Source: Lama guanicoe (lineage: Eukaryota). From it: DNA of 64,000 nt. The translations under genes and the position numbers were made by a program. This document shows positions 50,500 to 63,689 of this stretch, in pieces. Under the pieces are notes generated by a model, which did not search any database, had not been told where the DNA came from, and worked only from the letters and a program-made list of their open reading frames with translations. The stretch spans positions 1,243,587 to 1,307,586 of the forward strand of contig MU054187.1 of the NCBI GenBank assembly GCA_013239625.1, given 5' to 3'. Position 1 is the first letter of the stretch; each line of letters opens with the position of its first letter.

Positions 50500-50629
50500 G
50501 CAGAACGCTTTTCAAGTCACGGCAGTGGACGGGGTCTGCAGCGGAACCCTCCAGTGCCTCTCGGCTGAAGACTGCAGTGAGTGGCTGCAAGCAATAGCGA
50601 CGAACATCTCCAACCTCACAAAGCACAAT
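50500..50629 (+). CDS. SNTG1: SNTG1 coding exon (130 nt): (R)QNAFQVTAVDGVCSGTLQCLSAEDCSEWLQAIATNISNLTKHN (C-terminal half of split PH domain)
   Basis: tctccgcAG acceptor; AAT|GTGAGT donor at 50630; phase 2 to 0; the WLQAI PH helix is visible in ORF 50525..50803. Confidence 0.95.
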
Positions 50630-51694
50630 GTGAGTAGTGATTGCAGAACACCTGCCAGGGTTTACCAGCCCTGGTGGATTTCTTCGTATAATACGGATGT
50701 AACTTTGCATCAACTGCATGGTATTTGTCTAAGAATGGGCCACTGCACATCCATCGTAAAAGCCATTGTGGATACTGGTTTGAAGAAAATCACTCTGTCC
50801 TGAGAGTCTTAGTCCAGTGTATCAGCCCAAGAGTGCTTTTGCATCTAAGCTTCACAAACATTGCAGTGTTGACATTAGTTAAACGACTGGAAGTAGACAT
50901 TTGGCATGTGATCACTAAAGCATCTGTCTGTCTGCCTGTCCGCTCGAGAGATTAGCCTGCATAAAAATAAATTAGAAATGCATGTAAAGTAAGTTTAAAA
51001 GTAAAAGAGGATCATGCTATAGAGATGAGGTCAAATGACTAGAAGGAAAAGAGGAATATTAAAGTAATAGTATTTTAGGAACGCTTAAATAATGAATCAT
51101 GTTTTAGGGTATGGACCGTTGGAGGATGGGTGCAGGAGGAACTTAAGGGAAAAAAACGAAAAAAGAGCAGACAACAGCTGCAATCACTGAAGCAACGTGC
51201 TGGCCGTTGTCTGCTCCCTTTGCTCGCCGATTCCCAGCAGCAATAATTGTGTGAAATAGGGAGATTTTCATAGTGTTTTATGTGGAAATTCCTTGTAATT
51301 ATGTTGCTCAATGAATTTTTTTCCAGAAGGTTATTGAATATAAAGTGAGAAAGATTTAGACAAAATGATTTTAATTTTACTTTACCATTATTCAAGGTGG
51401 CTCTGAAATAATTACGTGCATTTGGTAAACATGTCTAGTGGAAGATGGTGCTTCTGGGAGATGTGTCTCAAAGCTGGGCTTCACGGAAGCACGTTCCTTT
51501 TCCTCAAGTTATATGCTTTCCCTGCAGAGAGGGAGGGTGACCGAGGCTGGGGCTTCCTGGAATGGGTTCCAGCTAAGCCGAAACCGGTTCCCATTGGTCG
51601 TGTGCTGTTATTTTGGGTGAAGTGGATTTGAACAGATTTGTGAAGGTAGAATTCAAGAGTTGTGAAAAACAGTGCTTGCTTCAGGTTAATCCTC

Positions 51695-52960
51695 TAATTC
51701 AGCTACACACACACACACACACACACGTATATTCTTTTTCACTTTCTTTTTCATTAGAGGTTATTACAAGATGTTGAACGTAGCTCCCTGTGCTGCACAG
51801 AAGAGACTTGTTTGTCTATTTCATACTTGGTAGGTAGCATCTGCGAACCTCTCACCCCCAGCGTATCCCTCCCCGCTCCCCTTCCCCCGGTAACAAGTTT
51901 GTTCTTTGTGTCTGTGAGTCTCTCTCTATTTTGTAAATATGTTCATTTGTGTCTTTCCCTCTTTTTTTCCTTTTTGGATTCCACGTATGAGTGATACCAT
52001 GTGGTATTTTTCTTCCTCTTTCTGACTTGCTTCACTTAGTATGACAATCTCCAGGTCTATCCGTGTTGATGCAAGTGGCGTTATTTTATACTTTTTATGG
52101 CTGAGTAGTATTCCATTGTAAATATATATCACAGCTTCTTCATCCGATTATCCATTGATGGACATTTAGGCTATCTCCATGTCTTGGCTATTGTAAATAG
52201 TGCTGCTATGAACTTGGGGTGCAGGTGACTTTTCAAATTAGAGTTCCTTCTGGATAGATGCCCAGGAATGAGACTGCTGGGTCACATGGTTAAGTCTATT
52301 TTTAGTTTTTTAAGGAACCTCCATACTGATTTCTATAACAGCTGCACCAACCTGCATTCCCCCCAGCACTGCAGGAGGCTCCCTTTCTCCACAGCCTCTC
52401 CAGCATTTGTCGTCTGTGCGCTTTTTAGTGATGACCATTCTGGCTGGTGTGAGGTGACACCTCATTGTAGTTTTGATTTGCATTTCTCTGATAATTAGTG
52501 ATGCTGAGTACTTTCTCATGTGCCTGCTGGCCGTGGTATGTCTTCACTGGAGAACTGTTTGTTCAGGTCTGCTGCCCGTTTTGGGTGGGGCTGTTTGCTC
52601 TTTGCTGTTGAGCTGTGCGAGCTGTTTGCATGTTCTGGAGGTCAAGCCCTTGTCAGGCTCATCATTTGCAGGTGTTTTCTCCCAGTCCATAGGTGGCCTT
52701 TTTGTTTTGCTTATGGTTTACTCTGCTGTGCAAAACTTATCGGTTTAATTAGGTCCCATTTATTTTTCTTTTATTTCTGTTTCCCGGGTGGACTGCCCTA
52801 GGAGAGCACTGCTGACACTTACGTCACAGAATGTTTTGCCTGTGTTTTCTTCCAGGAGGTTTATATAGTGTCTTGACTTATTTTAAGTTAATTTTTTTGT
52901 GTGATGTGAGGGAGTGTTCTAATTTCACTGATTTCTATGCAGCTGTCCAGCTTTCTTGAA
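51695..52960 (-). mobile_element. Artiodactyl/camelid L1 3'UTR and ORF2 C-terminus, antisense, with (CA)n at 51705-51727
   Basis: Remnants [24 protein letters not shown]…[10 protein letters not shown] and DLEIVILSEASQKEEEKYHMVSLI are L1 ORF2/3' motifs. Confidence 0.9.
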
Positions 52961-53214
52961 GGGTATTTTTGTAAGGAAAGAAAAATGATTCCAGATCCAG
53001 GCTTAGGATGTGGGAAGGAAGGGCAGTGATAGGCCTGTGAGTTAATCTATATACACTTTTTTTGTATCTAAACCATTTTAAAATAAAGGGTTTACTGTAA
53101 AAGATGCATAAGGATGTGTATATACATTAACATGAACACGTGTACTTCCATCATTGTTACATGTATGTACACTGATCCCAGATACTAACGTATTTTCAGG
53201 ATAACTGTCAGCTC

Positions 53215-53560
53215 CCTGATTTATTCAGCCATCGTTTCATTTAGTAAATACTTTGGAGGGCCTACAGTTTGATAGGTATTAGGGCTGTAATGAACAAAAA
53301 TGGTCTTTGCCCTCATGGAGCACATAGTCTAGTGGGGAGGGGAGGTATTAATTTAACAAGCACACAGGGAAATGTGCAATTGCAGCTGTCATAGGTCACA
53401 CAGAGAAATGCTTTGAGAGGCTGAGTGTGCACCCCTCAGAGAGGTGAGGGCCGCTCCCTGAAGTCGGCGGACGAACAATGAAAAAGGGCAAAGTAGGTGA
53501 ACTGGCGGCAAAGGCATTTTATGCAGAGTGACAGGGCGTCGCCACGCAAGAGCGAGGCTG
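53215..53560 (-). mobile_element. L2 3' remnant
   Basis: ttcatttagtaaatactttggagggcctac…tgccctcatggagcacatagtctagtggggag. Confidence 0.65.
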
Positions 53561-55194
53561 TAGAGTGAGGCACACACATGAACTCACCTAATATGGAGAC
53601 TGTCACTGGTCCTGGGCAAAATGAAATAGTTTAGACCAAAATAAGTGAGTTTTTCATAAATCTCAATTACTTTTTGGGAACAGGTTGTCAGTTTGAAACA
53701 TGTCTTCCTATGTCTGTGGTTTCAAATGTCCGTTTTTTTTCAAAATGATGACTATCGCAGGTAAGACTTGTCTTAACTAAAATCGGTGTTTAATAAAGTA
53801 AGAGACTGTTTGCCTACGACATCCCAGCGAACTGTCGGAAGTTTAATGCTCCTGGAAATGCGTGTCTCCGAGTTGCTGAGCCAGAGCCTTGCCAGACAGG
53901 GCAGTATAGATATGTCCCTAAAACAACTGGGCACCTGAGGTCACTGAACGCCAGGGCGGCGGAACCTGTGACGTCACCAGCAGAATACAAATCCTTAAGG
54001 GGAGGTTCGATTTTGGAACGTCCCCAGGATCAACTCCTCAAGTCAAGGCTGACCTCACCGTAACTTGAAAATGTTCGTGGTATTAACGGTCTCTGTCACA
54101 GCGCTATTCACACGCACACGCACACACACAGTGTGGCAGGGAACACAGAGTGTTCATCGAAGACTAAGGTAGTGGAAGAGACCAAGGGCTGCGAGCCTGA
54201 GTGGGGCGGGCACACGGCAGCGCTGGGGAAGGGGTCTGTAGGCACTAAGCCGGAGCTGGAAGGGCAGCCCCGAGCGCTCGCTGTCTGGTCACAGGGGTTC
54301 ACGCCGATGCGCTGGCCAAGCCGTCCCTGCCGCGTGGAGGGAGCCAGGCTTTGGGGTCCACAGACGCGTAGGTCGGGGCTTCGTGAGCCCCTTCAGAAGC
54401 AGACCGTAGGTTAGCTTCCGTCCCTGCGAGGGCTGAGTGAGAGACTTCCGACCCGCCGGCCCTGAAAGCCCGCTGAGACGTCGGCGCTTCTCTTCTCTGC
54501 AGTTTCCCTCTAGATTAAATGATTGGATCCCTGAGCCGCTGGCAAATGCAGCATCGATTTGCTCACTGCACGTGAGGGTGCAGTCTTGGCTTTGTCCCGT
54601 TGTCTCTGAGATTCTTCCTCTTCTGAGAGATGGTTGTTTGGATAACAGAATGTTGGTAAAACTGGACAAAATGAGTTAAATAAATGTCCAGTGGTGACAA
54701 GACCATTAGGCAGCTCTGATTTGTCAAGCCAGAGATCTGCACACAGTCCCTCGTCTTTGAAAGAGACAGAGGAACAGGTAAAAAGCAGAGCTCTCTTTTA
54801 GCCACATTTCATGGGTCTGCCCTTTCCCATCGTTCTCTACCGCTGCAGCGCTAAGATAAACCCTGACCAATACACAGAGAATTTCATGTGCCACTTCTCC
54901 CAAGGTTACCTACTAACATAAAAGAATCTCCTCTGGTCTAAATTCTTCCATATTTGTCCTATGCACGCATTTCCTTTATTGGAATGGAATATGTTGCTTG
55001 AAATGTATCATTTGTGTGTGTGTGTATGTGTGTGTGTGTATGCAGACAGATAGATATGAATATATATAATATGCTTCTATTCTTAAAGGTTCATTGAGAA
55101 TTAGTATGATCTTAAATGATAGTGTATGATTGCATATGTGGGATTTTCAAGACATACAATTCATATTATGTGAAAAGATTAGACTCTCTCCCTC

Positions 55195-55730
55195 AAATGT
55201 ATCAGTTGTGAATGCTTTCAGTAACAAATTAGAGACACCCTGAGTGCTGATGGAGTAAATAGTTGAGTTTTTTTCCCCACATGAAAATAATTGTGGATGG
55301 TGCCATTTGCTGGAAGCCACCATCTACCCAGAACCCATCCCCTGTCTGCACGCATTATCGCTACTGTTATCCACTACCCTTAGAGTACTGGCTTTTACCT
55401 TATGTTTGCCACCTCATAGTCACACAAAGGCTGCAGCAGTTCCAAACATCACTTCAGTGTTCAGAACAGGAAAGAAAGGGAAGCAGGTGTAAGTAGCACC
55501 AGCCACATGTCTCCCCTTTTATCAAGATAAGACAAAAATTCCCAGAATCCCTTTACTGGACTAATACTGCTTGCTTTCCTCTTGAACTCAGCCCGTGACA
55601 GTTCTGGGGGGTGAGTGGCTGGGCGGTGGCATGGCTAGTCTCTACTTTTTCTAGCATTTATGGTGAGATGTCACCAAGAAAAGAAGTGTGCATGGCTTTT
55701 GAGTCAGACGACCAACAATATCTACTGCAT
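55195..55730. mobile_element. Old MLT1 (J/K-like) MaLR LTR remnant
   Basis: cacctcatagtcacacaaaggctgcagcagttccaaacatcac… MLT1-like motifs. Confidence 0.5.
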
Positions 55731-57898
55731 TGCTTAATACTAAAAGCATATAAATTCTCAAGATAACGCATGAACAGCCGATACCCCTCTGATTTCTGTG
55801 GGACGATCGCAGCCCTCAGGACTCACGCACACTCAGTTCACCAGCCATTCGAGCCCATCAGGATGTAGTTCACCCGTCTGCCTACATTTTACCCATTTAC
55901 TTGCAGGAGCAAAAAAAACTTATTTGGGAGTCATACATAATCCACAGAGAGCTGCTATACTGAATGGCAAACACTTGCAACTTGAAAAGAAAGGGAATAT
56001 TTTTCCCATAATACCGTGGGGTGTGAAAAGCTGAAGGAAAAACTTTTATCATGTCTTCCGCATTCAAAGGACTCAACAAAGCTCGTAGGTGAATTGAAAG
56101 TCATGACAAAATAAAGCCTAGAAGAAAGCAGATTTACCGAAAAGGAACTCGAGTCTGTGATCAGAGCTTCTGGAGTGCGGTTCTGACAGGCATGGGCGCC
56201 ACCGAAGGCGACTTTCCTCCCTTTACGGCTGCTGACGTTTCTGTGCCCTTAGATGCACTTTTCTGTGCTAGCACGTCGTTTTCTGCACTGTTTCTCCTCA
56301 CAGACCAAAACAGGAGCGCCAGGCTCGCCGGTGGCAGCCGGAACTGGTTACAGGGCGGTCGAGCCGTGGCAGCCAGGAAGCCGAAGCAGAGGAAGCGCGA
56401 GGGCCAGCCGGGCCTGTGCTGCGCGCGTATTCTTTGCCGTCACGTCTTCGCTCTCTACGTGATTGACTTGGCGTACCTCGTCAGGAGGAGTTTCGGTGCA
56501 GTAACTAACCTGCTTTGGCTCTCAGGAAACTCCTCACCAGAAGTCAAGGTTGACATTGGAAAATAGTAGCTGATTCTTATTTGCACAACCCAGAGCATCT
56601 GCTTGGAGGTTAACTGAACAGTGCGATCGTGATCAGATGGGCAGTTTCACTGGACGCGGTGCTGTGCCCGCCTTGGTGCAGTCGCCCCCGGCCCCCAGCC
56701 CCTCCCCCCGGGCCTGATGCTTCTGCCTCTCTTCCCGGCCATAGCGTCCCCAGCTCCTGGCAGCTCAGGCCTCGGAGCTGCAGACGCAGCGCCCGCACAC
56801 ACCGCCCCTTCCGCCACCGCTCCCACCTCGGGCTGGATTCGGCAGGGCTCCGTCATGCCCCCAGCCCCAGGGCTGACCCCGCCGGGCCCGCCCCCCAGCT
56901 GCTCCCAGACTAACGGCCACTCAGGAGGACCAGGGGGTGATTACGCCCCACGGGACCTGCACTGTCCGGTGGAAGTCAAGGGCCGGAAAGAAGCAAGCTG
57001 TAGGTGGCCGCCGTCCCTCGGCAGACGGACCGCTGGGAAGCACAGTGTCCACGTGACGCTCTGAAGGCGTCGCTCCCTGGTGACAAACCCACGGTCACCG
57101 GCTGAGAGACCATGGCCACTGCCCCCTGGTGGACGCCTGCCTTCTGCTGCCCGGCCTCACGTCCATTTGCCTGTGACTCTTGCTTCCATAGGGTTGAACA
57201 TGCTCGCTCAAGAGCAGTTTAACCCTTGTGGCTCTTCCTCAGGCTCTGTTTCTGAAGTAGTGAGTCCAAGGAAACACCTTTGACCTCCAGATGCCAAGCC
57301 TTCCGGGCTCACCTGGTAGCAGGCTTGCGTGGAAAGGAAGGTGTCCACGAACATTTTGAGCTTGTGGCCCCTCGATTCAGTGTTTCTTGGACTCCCCTCC
57401 TCTTAAGACGGAGCTTCAGAGCTGAGCACCGGCGAGCAGAGGCAGCCGCAGACCCAGAGTCCTGTCTGAGTCCTCAGCTGTGAGGCCTGTGCGTCCCCCT
57501 CGCCAGGACTGCTGACGGGTCATCTGGCAATGGTCAAACCTATTTCCTTCACCTTTGACCACTCCCGGCAGATAAAGAACATCTCATCACATCCATCACT
57601 TCCTGAAACCCAGGGCTCCCACGCTGCCCGCGCAAGGACCCCTCCTCCCTCTCCGCACGCATTGTTACCTGCTGTACCACGTGTGCCAAAGGCCCAGAAT
57701 TACCTGTCACCTATGCCAGACGATTCTGCGCATAGGAATCTGGTATCCTTGGCATTCACTTGGTGTCCAACCCACAGTCACGTCTGGCGTCTAGTGAGTT
57801 CGTGGGAGAACAAATGGCGTCAGCTTTGAGTAAAGAAACAGACATTTGTAAATGGCTGCAACCTAGTTCAGCTTTCGGGCGGCTCATTCACCATGAAG

Positions 57899-57926
57899 AT
57901 GTGTGTGTGTGTGTGTGTGTGTGTGT
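57899..57926. repeat. (TG)n microsatellite
   Basis: Directly visible. Confidence 0.95.
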
Positions 57927-59859
57927 ATACTATGTGTGAAAAGTGTCATACATGTGTTCTAATCTTAAAAACGATGATAGGTAAAATTTTAAAATTCTTG
58001 GACTAGAAAATAAAGTTTAAGACAGTGCCTTTAATCATCTCAAAATATCGATGTACTGTTAGCAGACAGGCTATTGAAAGCAACATGGCGTGCTTTTGAA
58101 GTTGCACCTACAGGCATGGGGAACAACCAAGGTAGCAAGGGCAGAGAGTCCAGGTTCAGGGGAAAATGGGTGAAAAAAATGAGCTGAAATGGGGGCTCCT
58201 GAGGCAAAGATCATTTCTGATTCTTCCCTTCCCTGGTCAAGGCAGAGTCTGAGCAGCCGCAGGACTGGTGCGCGGCGGCGGCAGCCCACACACCAGCGCC
58301 GTGTATCCCCGGGAGGGCCTGTGCCTGCAGTGTGAAGCTGTCTCCAGGCCCTCACACGTCTGCTGGCTGGTATTAGCCACAGACCTGTAGGGGAGCTGGA
58401 CGGTGGGTTCTTGCTTCCATAGGATTTATTTGCTTGGACAAATCTTCACAATTAATTTTTCCTGGGAAAATACACCTTGTAAGCAATGTGCATCCGGGGA
58501 ACACACCTCCCCAGCCGTCAAAGCCGACGTGTACATGAGGGTTAAACAGCAAAGAGTAACAGAATTAAGACACAGGTTTTAAATGTAAGCTTTTCACTTA
58601 CCTGTAAACCTTTAATTGGAAAAAAAAAAATCCCTAAACATTTGAAGTGGGAGGAGGAAAAACTGTGTAAAGGACTATTTAAATGTCCTGTTGCATCTCC
58701 CTTTGTCTAAAGAGAATGTCGGGGGAGGATACTTCTGCTTTCATTGCTGGGCACAACTGGTGATGCTGAAATTGAATATAGGAAATTAAGGAATTAAAAA
58801 ATTAGAGTGATATTTAAAGCAGATGGGCACTCTAGTGACTTCAAATTTTATTTTTAATAAATCAAGTCCAAGCAGTTCTTTATTAGAACCAGTCATGTAA
58901 TTATTCTTATCTCAATTTAACATATCTGCAATAACTAACTTCCTTTAAGGGTTTCCATCATTAATATTCAATTAAATGCTTTCAAAGAAAAAAAGGGACA
59001 CATTATCATTTCCCCCGGCGTTCAGACATCAGACAAGGTCTATATTGTTACTTAAAATACAGTTCATGCTGTTTAAGTAGATGTTCACTTTTGATGTTGG
59101 GTAAAATTGTAAAGTGGTAGAATTATCATTATTTTTTCAGTTCTTTAGTGTAAGAAATATTAGCTGAAAAGGTTTTGTGATGTAAGCTTTCTTTGCCTTT
59201 ACACGTACCCCTCGATTTTTAAGCAAAATCACAAACTTAAAGTTTAAAGTTCTAATGAAGAGTCTCTAATGAAAAACCTACTGAATTTAAACTAAAATTT
59301 TATAACGCAGCAATAAATTCATATTGCTATGTGGTTTTAAATATTTGTTTCTTTAAATAAGACTTCATCAGTACAAAGATTCCCATAAGAAAAAGAAAGG
59401 CACTAATGTAGTAAAATAAGATGGGAAAACAAAATAAAGGGTGAAGATGTTTGACAAAATAAGAGGCAGCTTTTTCTCAATGTGATTAAACATCTATAAA
59501 AATATGTAGATGAGATGCAGCAAGAACTATTTTTAGTAATAAATTTTAGGATCTTGAAAATAACTTTCTTTTCTATTCCATTTCATCCACAATGTGAAGA
59601 TTCTTCTCACATTGGGTTTCCAATTTGTTCTTTCCCTTAAAAATTATTTAAAATTCTCCTTCTGCAAGAGTGTGTCTCCAGTACTTAACTTTCACATCTC
59701 TTGGGCATATTGTTTCCTATAGATTCAGACCCTAAGCCCTATTTGCCATTTGAGGTAATAGACCTGGTAAAAAGATATGTTTTAAAATTTGTGCTATCAT
59801 AGTATTTTTAAATTTTAATTATTTATTGAAGTGCAGAAGAGGATAAAAATGAAAATGTA

Positions 59860-59993
59860 GGGGGGAGGGTACAGCTCAGTGGTAGAGTGCACGCTTAGCA
59901 TACACAAGGTCCTGGATTCGATCCCCAGCACTCCCTCTAGAAATAAATAAATAAACCCAATCACCTCCACCCCCCAAAAAACAAATAAAAAAA
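59860..59993 (+). mobile_element. tRNA-derived SINE (camelid Vic-1 type), full length with TSD
   Basis: GGGGGGAGGGTACAGCTCAGTGGTAGAG (A box)…GGATTCGATCCCC (B box), AAAT/C-rich/A tail; TSD GAAAATGTA at 59851-59859 and 59994-60002. Confidence 0.9.
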
Positions 59994-62721
59994 GAAAATG
60001 TATTGCAGTAATAATGGTATATTTATTGCCAGTGTTTTTGTTAGTGCATGTGTTATGTACACATTAAAATGCGTAACTTGTTTACATACATAAAAGAAAA
60101 CGACTGTTCTCCTGTGTGGGTGATGTCATCCTTTGTTCAGTTAACGTTAAACGTGAACATTTTCCCATGACAGTAATTGCATCCTGACATCACCTCCATT
60201 TAATGGGCTGATAGGGATTTTGCTGTTTGTTAAAGTCGTAATTAATGAATGGATTATTGTTTGACACACACATCATTTAAAATATATCATTACTGAAATA
60301 GTGCCCCATGATTTTTGGCATATTAATCAGTGAAAACATTGCTAATTACATCTTAATAGAGGTGTCTAGAAAAAGAATCAGAGTATGAACATTCTTTAGT
60401 CTTGTAAACTAAGACCGACGTCTAAATCCAGCTGCATCAAGGCTGGGTTGAGGTTTTTGTAAGGCTCTGTGTTTTTCCTGCCCCAAAGATACAGCCGCCA
60501 GGCCTTGGGCTGAGAGCAAGCCTGATTCCAGGACAGGTCCATTCCGGACCCCCTCTCCTTGACCGCCTCTGGCTTGTCCTCGCTTCTGTCTCAGCATACA
60601 TTTCTTAAACTCTTGTCTGTTTTCATAGATTTTCAGATTAATCTTTTTTAGCCTTTTGTCATGTTCAGATTCAAAATTCAGCGAATGCCTTGAGGTGTTG
60701 TGTTTGAAGCCAGGAGCTCACCCTCCTTACAGTTGGGGGTGGGGGAGGATGGTGTTCTCAGATGTCTTTAAATAAAATGCTTTCATTAAATGCACCTTCC
60801 CGTTCTGGTCACTATGAATAGGAAGGTAGGTGTGCCTCAGGCCATCCCGCCCCATCTTAAATGTGTGTGTATTACATTAAACACAGACGCAGGGGGAGTT
60901 AGTGGGTGATACATTGTTTTTCAAGGAATTAACCAATTATCCCAGCATTGTTTTCTATTCAAATTTAAAATACAATCTTTATCATTAACTCAGTAATATA
61001 CATTTTAGATTCAATTTTTGATTTTCTATCAAAAGTCATTGGTGTGTTTGGCTTTGCAGTGGTAAAACCGTGTTTTAATTGTTGTGATTCTGTAGTGCAT
61101 TGTGTACCCGCCCCCCAAGATGAATCTTAAATGCCCTTGGGCGTATTTGACCATTTACTCTTGACAAGCCCATAAAGGTCTAAAAATAGCTGCAGTAGAA
61201 TAAAACCACCAGATAATATTTTAATTTGGAAGACATTTGACATTCAGGAATGAATGTTTGTATTTCATTTGAGGTTAATTATTAATTTTATTTTTATTAG
61301 GTTGATTAAAAAGCATTTTTTCTATTTCTTTTTTTTCAAATTTAGGAAAACTGCTATCTGTATTTAATATTCAAACACCTCAAAATTGCCTAGTCATTTT
61401 TTATAAACCACGTCTCGTTCACAAACAGGTTTTTGTTTTTAGTTCTCAGTGAATCTAAAATTTAAAGTAAATGTCAAATTTTTTATGTTGAGATTTGTCA
61501 TAAAAATTAAATTCCCAGAATTTCTGATACAATTAGAACATGAAATGTTTTGTCATAGCAAGAGGATGTGAGGTCTTAGTGCCAGCTGCTGCCAGTAGCC
61601 CAAAATACATACCAGTCTAGTGACTTCCGTTAGTTTTGCATTTTTGTTGATTTGTTTATATGGGAATCATTAGCAAAGTGGATAAATTACAAGGCTCTCA
61701 GCTTCGACTAAGAAAGGGGATTAAGTCGGACCCTCGTTAAGAAGAATTAGGACGGCTGAGCCGCTTACAGGTTTCCGGGTCAGAGCCGGGAGCCTTGCAC
61801 AAGCCCTGGGGATATGCTGCAGTCCAGGCGGCAGCAGCAGGGGCTGGGGCCACGGACTGGGTTCAGGTCCAGGATTCTGAGAAGGTGGGAGCAGCGCGTG
61901 ACGCCCCCTGAGCCCTCCCCGCCAGCCGTCTGGCTGTGATTGACAGGGCATGCGGGGTCACACGGGCCCAGAGCTAGGCCGAGGGCAGAAGAGGTGGGAA
62001 GGACGGTCTGCGGTTAAGGTTCCGGTGCAGGGAGGTCAGAAGTACCTGCACCGAAAACAAGGCAAAGTCAGCCGGACCCACAGGCAGGACCACAGGGAAG
62101 GTCACTGACCACTTCTGCGTGGGTTTTCAGAAATGCTTTCATGGCGACATGGTTCTCGAATGTGTGTCCAAGAGCAAAGCCTGTGGTGTCAGACAGAACC
62201 AGGCTGTGCCATGTCCCGGGGCAACTTAACCAATCCCATTTAATCTCTGTGCACCTTAGGTAGACATAATAAAAAAGATGAAGATTCTTACCCGGTGAAA
62301 AGGGGAGAGAGAGAGGGAGGGAGGAAGGAAGGAGAGCGAGCAGGTGGGGGTCCGGGGAGCTTGTGAGCAAAACCTCCACAAGACGTGTGTCCCCGAGGTC
62401 TGTACAGACCGGGACCCGGGACGCCGGGGACTCCTGTGAGGGGCAGGGGCCAGATCACGAGGGTCTGAGGGATATGGGATTCTGGGCAGGGATTAATTCA
62501 TTTATTAAGAAATGGCAATTGAAGATTTGCTTTTTAAAAATGCTACCCTAGACGGAGGGTGTAAGTGTGACAGAAGGGCAGACCTGAAATACTGCTGTTA
62601 CTCATCCGTCTTTTATCAAGAAGAAAGTTACAGGAGTGCGCACCTTCACCTATGACGTCTCTTGTTGTCACATGATGAACCTGGTGACTGAATGCCAGAA
62701 TGTCCTCCACAGCTGAGTGGG

Positions 62722-62767
62722 TGTAGGTCACTGTCAAGGTCAGGATGTAGGTCACTGTCAGGTCAGG
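62722..62767 (+). repeat. About 24-bp tandem duplication carrying four AGGTCA hexamers
   Basis: TGTAGGTCACTGTCAAGGTCAGGA followed by TGTAGGTCACTGTC-AGGTCAGG. Confidence 0.85.
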
Positions 62768-63689
62768 TGCAGCAGGTGGGAGGAGTCCCGCTCAGAAGGC
62801 TGTGTGTGGTGATTTGCTGGATAAGCACTCAGGTCAGTTTTCATAAGAATTTTGTGAACAGAAGTCTGAGGCTCGCTGCCCTCCATCTGCCTTTTCTGCC
62901 AGCGCTGTGATCTGTCTTGGAGGTTCCCAGTGTCCCAGCCAGTCCAGCGTCAGAAGTCAGTCATCAGGGGAAATTCTGGGCTTGCAGGTCTCCTTGTCCC
63001 CCCTCCTCCCTCCTCCCTGCGGAGACCCTGTCCTTGGGACCTCTCTGTGAAGTTCCTTCCAGGTGGCCCGGCGTCACCCTCTGTCTGTGATGCACTCGTT
63101 GACGTGTGTGTCCCGCCGGGATCTCCAGCGTCCTAGTCATTTCCTTACCAGTCAGGCGTGAAAGAGCTTGGATTCCCTCCTTCAGACTGAAACGCTTTCT
63201 CTGGTTACAGCTGTTTTGTCATTTGGAAACCACCCTGGACCTGGGGATTCCGTGAGCACCTGGGGAGGAGCCCAGAGCGCTCCCACCTGGATTCCCCAGA
63301 CCGATGTGCGCTTCACGCCTTGGCCAGAGTGCCGAGCCTCTCTCTCCTCTCTGAGCCTCTCTCTCTCCCCCCGTATTTTTGTCTCAGCCCAGAGACTGTT
63401 CTCCCTGTGAGCTGGCAACTTGCTTTTACATCATCAAGCATTCCTTCCTCCCTGTTCTTCTATGTACGGCATAAACTCTAGGTTTGGAAGCCACTGAAAG
63501 TACTATAGACATTCAAAGCTAAGAATTCAGAATTTTTTTTTCTTTAGAAGTAACTTACATTCAGGACTAAGTTAGTCAAATACAAGAGTGAGACTCTTTG
63601 TTCCGAGTCGCCTGTCTCTTCACTAGCTCATCACCGAGCTGGGCGGACAAGACTTAGTGGACTTCTGAGTGCAAGGAGCGGTGCAAACC

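Larger units (their letters stand above)
2220..50629 (+). other. SNTG1: SNTG1 (gamma-1-syntrophin) partial gene: nine internal coding exons; ATG exon upstream and 3' exons downstream of the window
   Basis: Spliced exons of 135+57+58+44+42+103+83+131+130 = 783 nt join in frame with no stops and translate to TKTGICLLQDGNQEPF...TNISNLTKHN, matching about residues 10-270 of mammalian SNTG1 as I recall it; all introns GT-AG. Confidence 0.96.

Noticed and set aside
50497..50503. NAGNAG-type tandem acceptor (CAG G CAG)
   Set aside because: The two AGs are 4 nt apart, so the alternative would frameshift. There is no evidence of use.
2220..50629. Assignment to the paralogue SNTG2
   Set aside because: Peptides (TKTGICLLQDGNQEPF, GGFGLSIKGGAEHNIP, LHLNYHPNNT) match SNTG1, not SNTG2 (GGLGLSIKGGSEHNVP).
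59860..59935. Possible tRNA genes (also at 21350-21429 and 63690-63760)
   Set aside because: They have A/B boxes but no proper acceptor stem, carry A-rich SINE tails, and two have TSDs. They are tRNA-derived SINEs.
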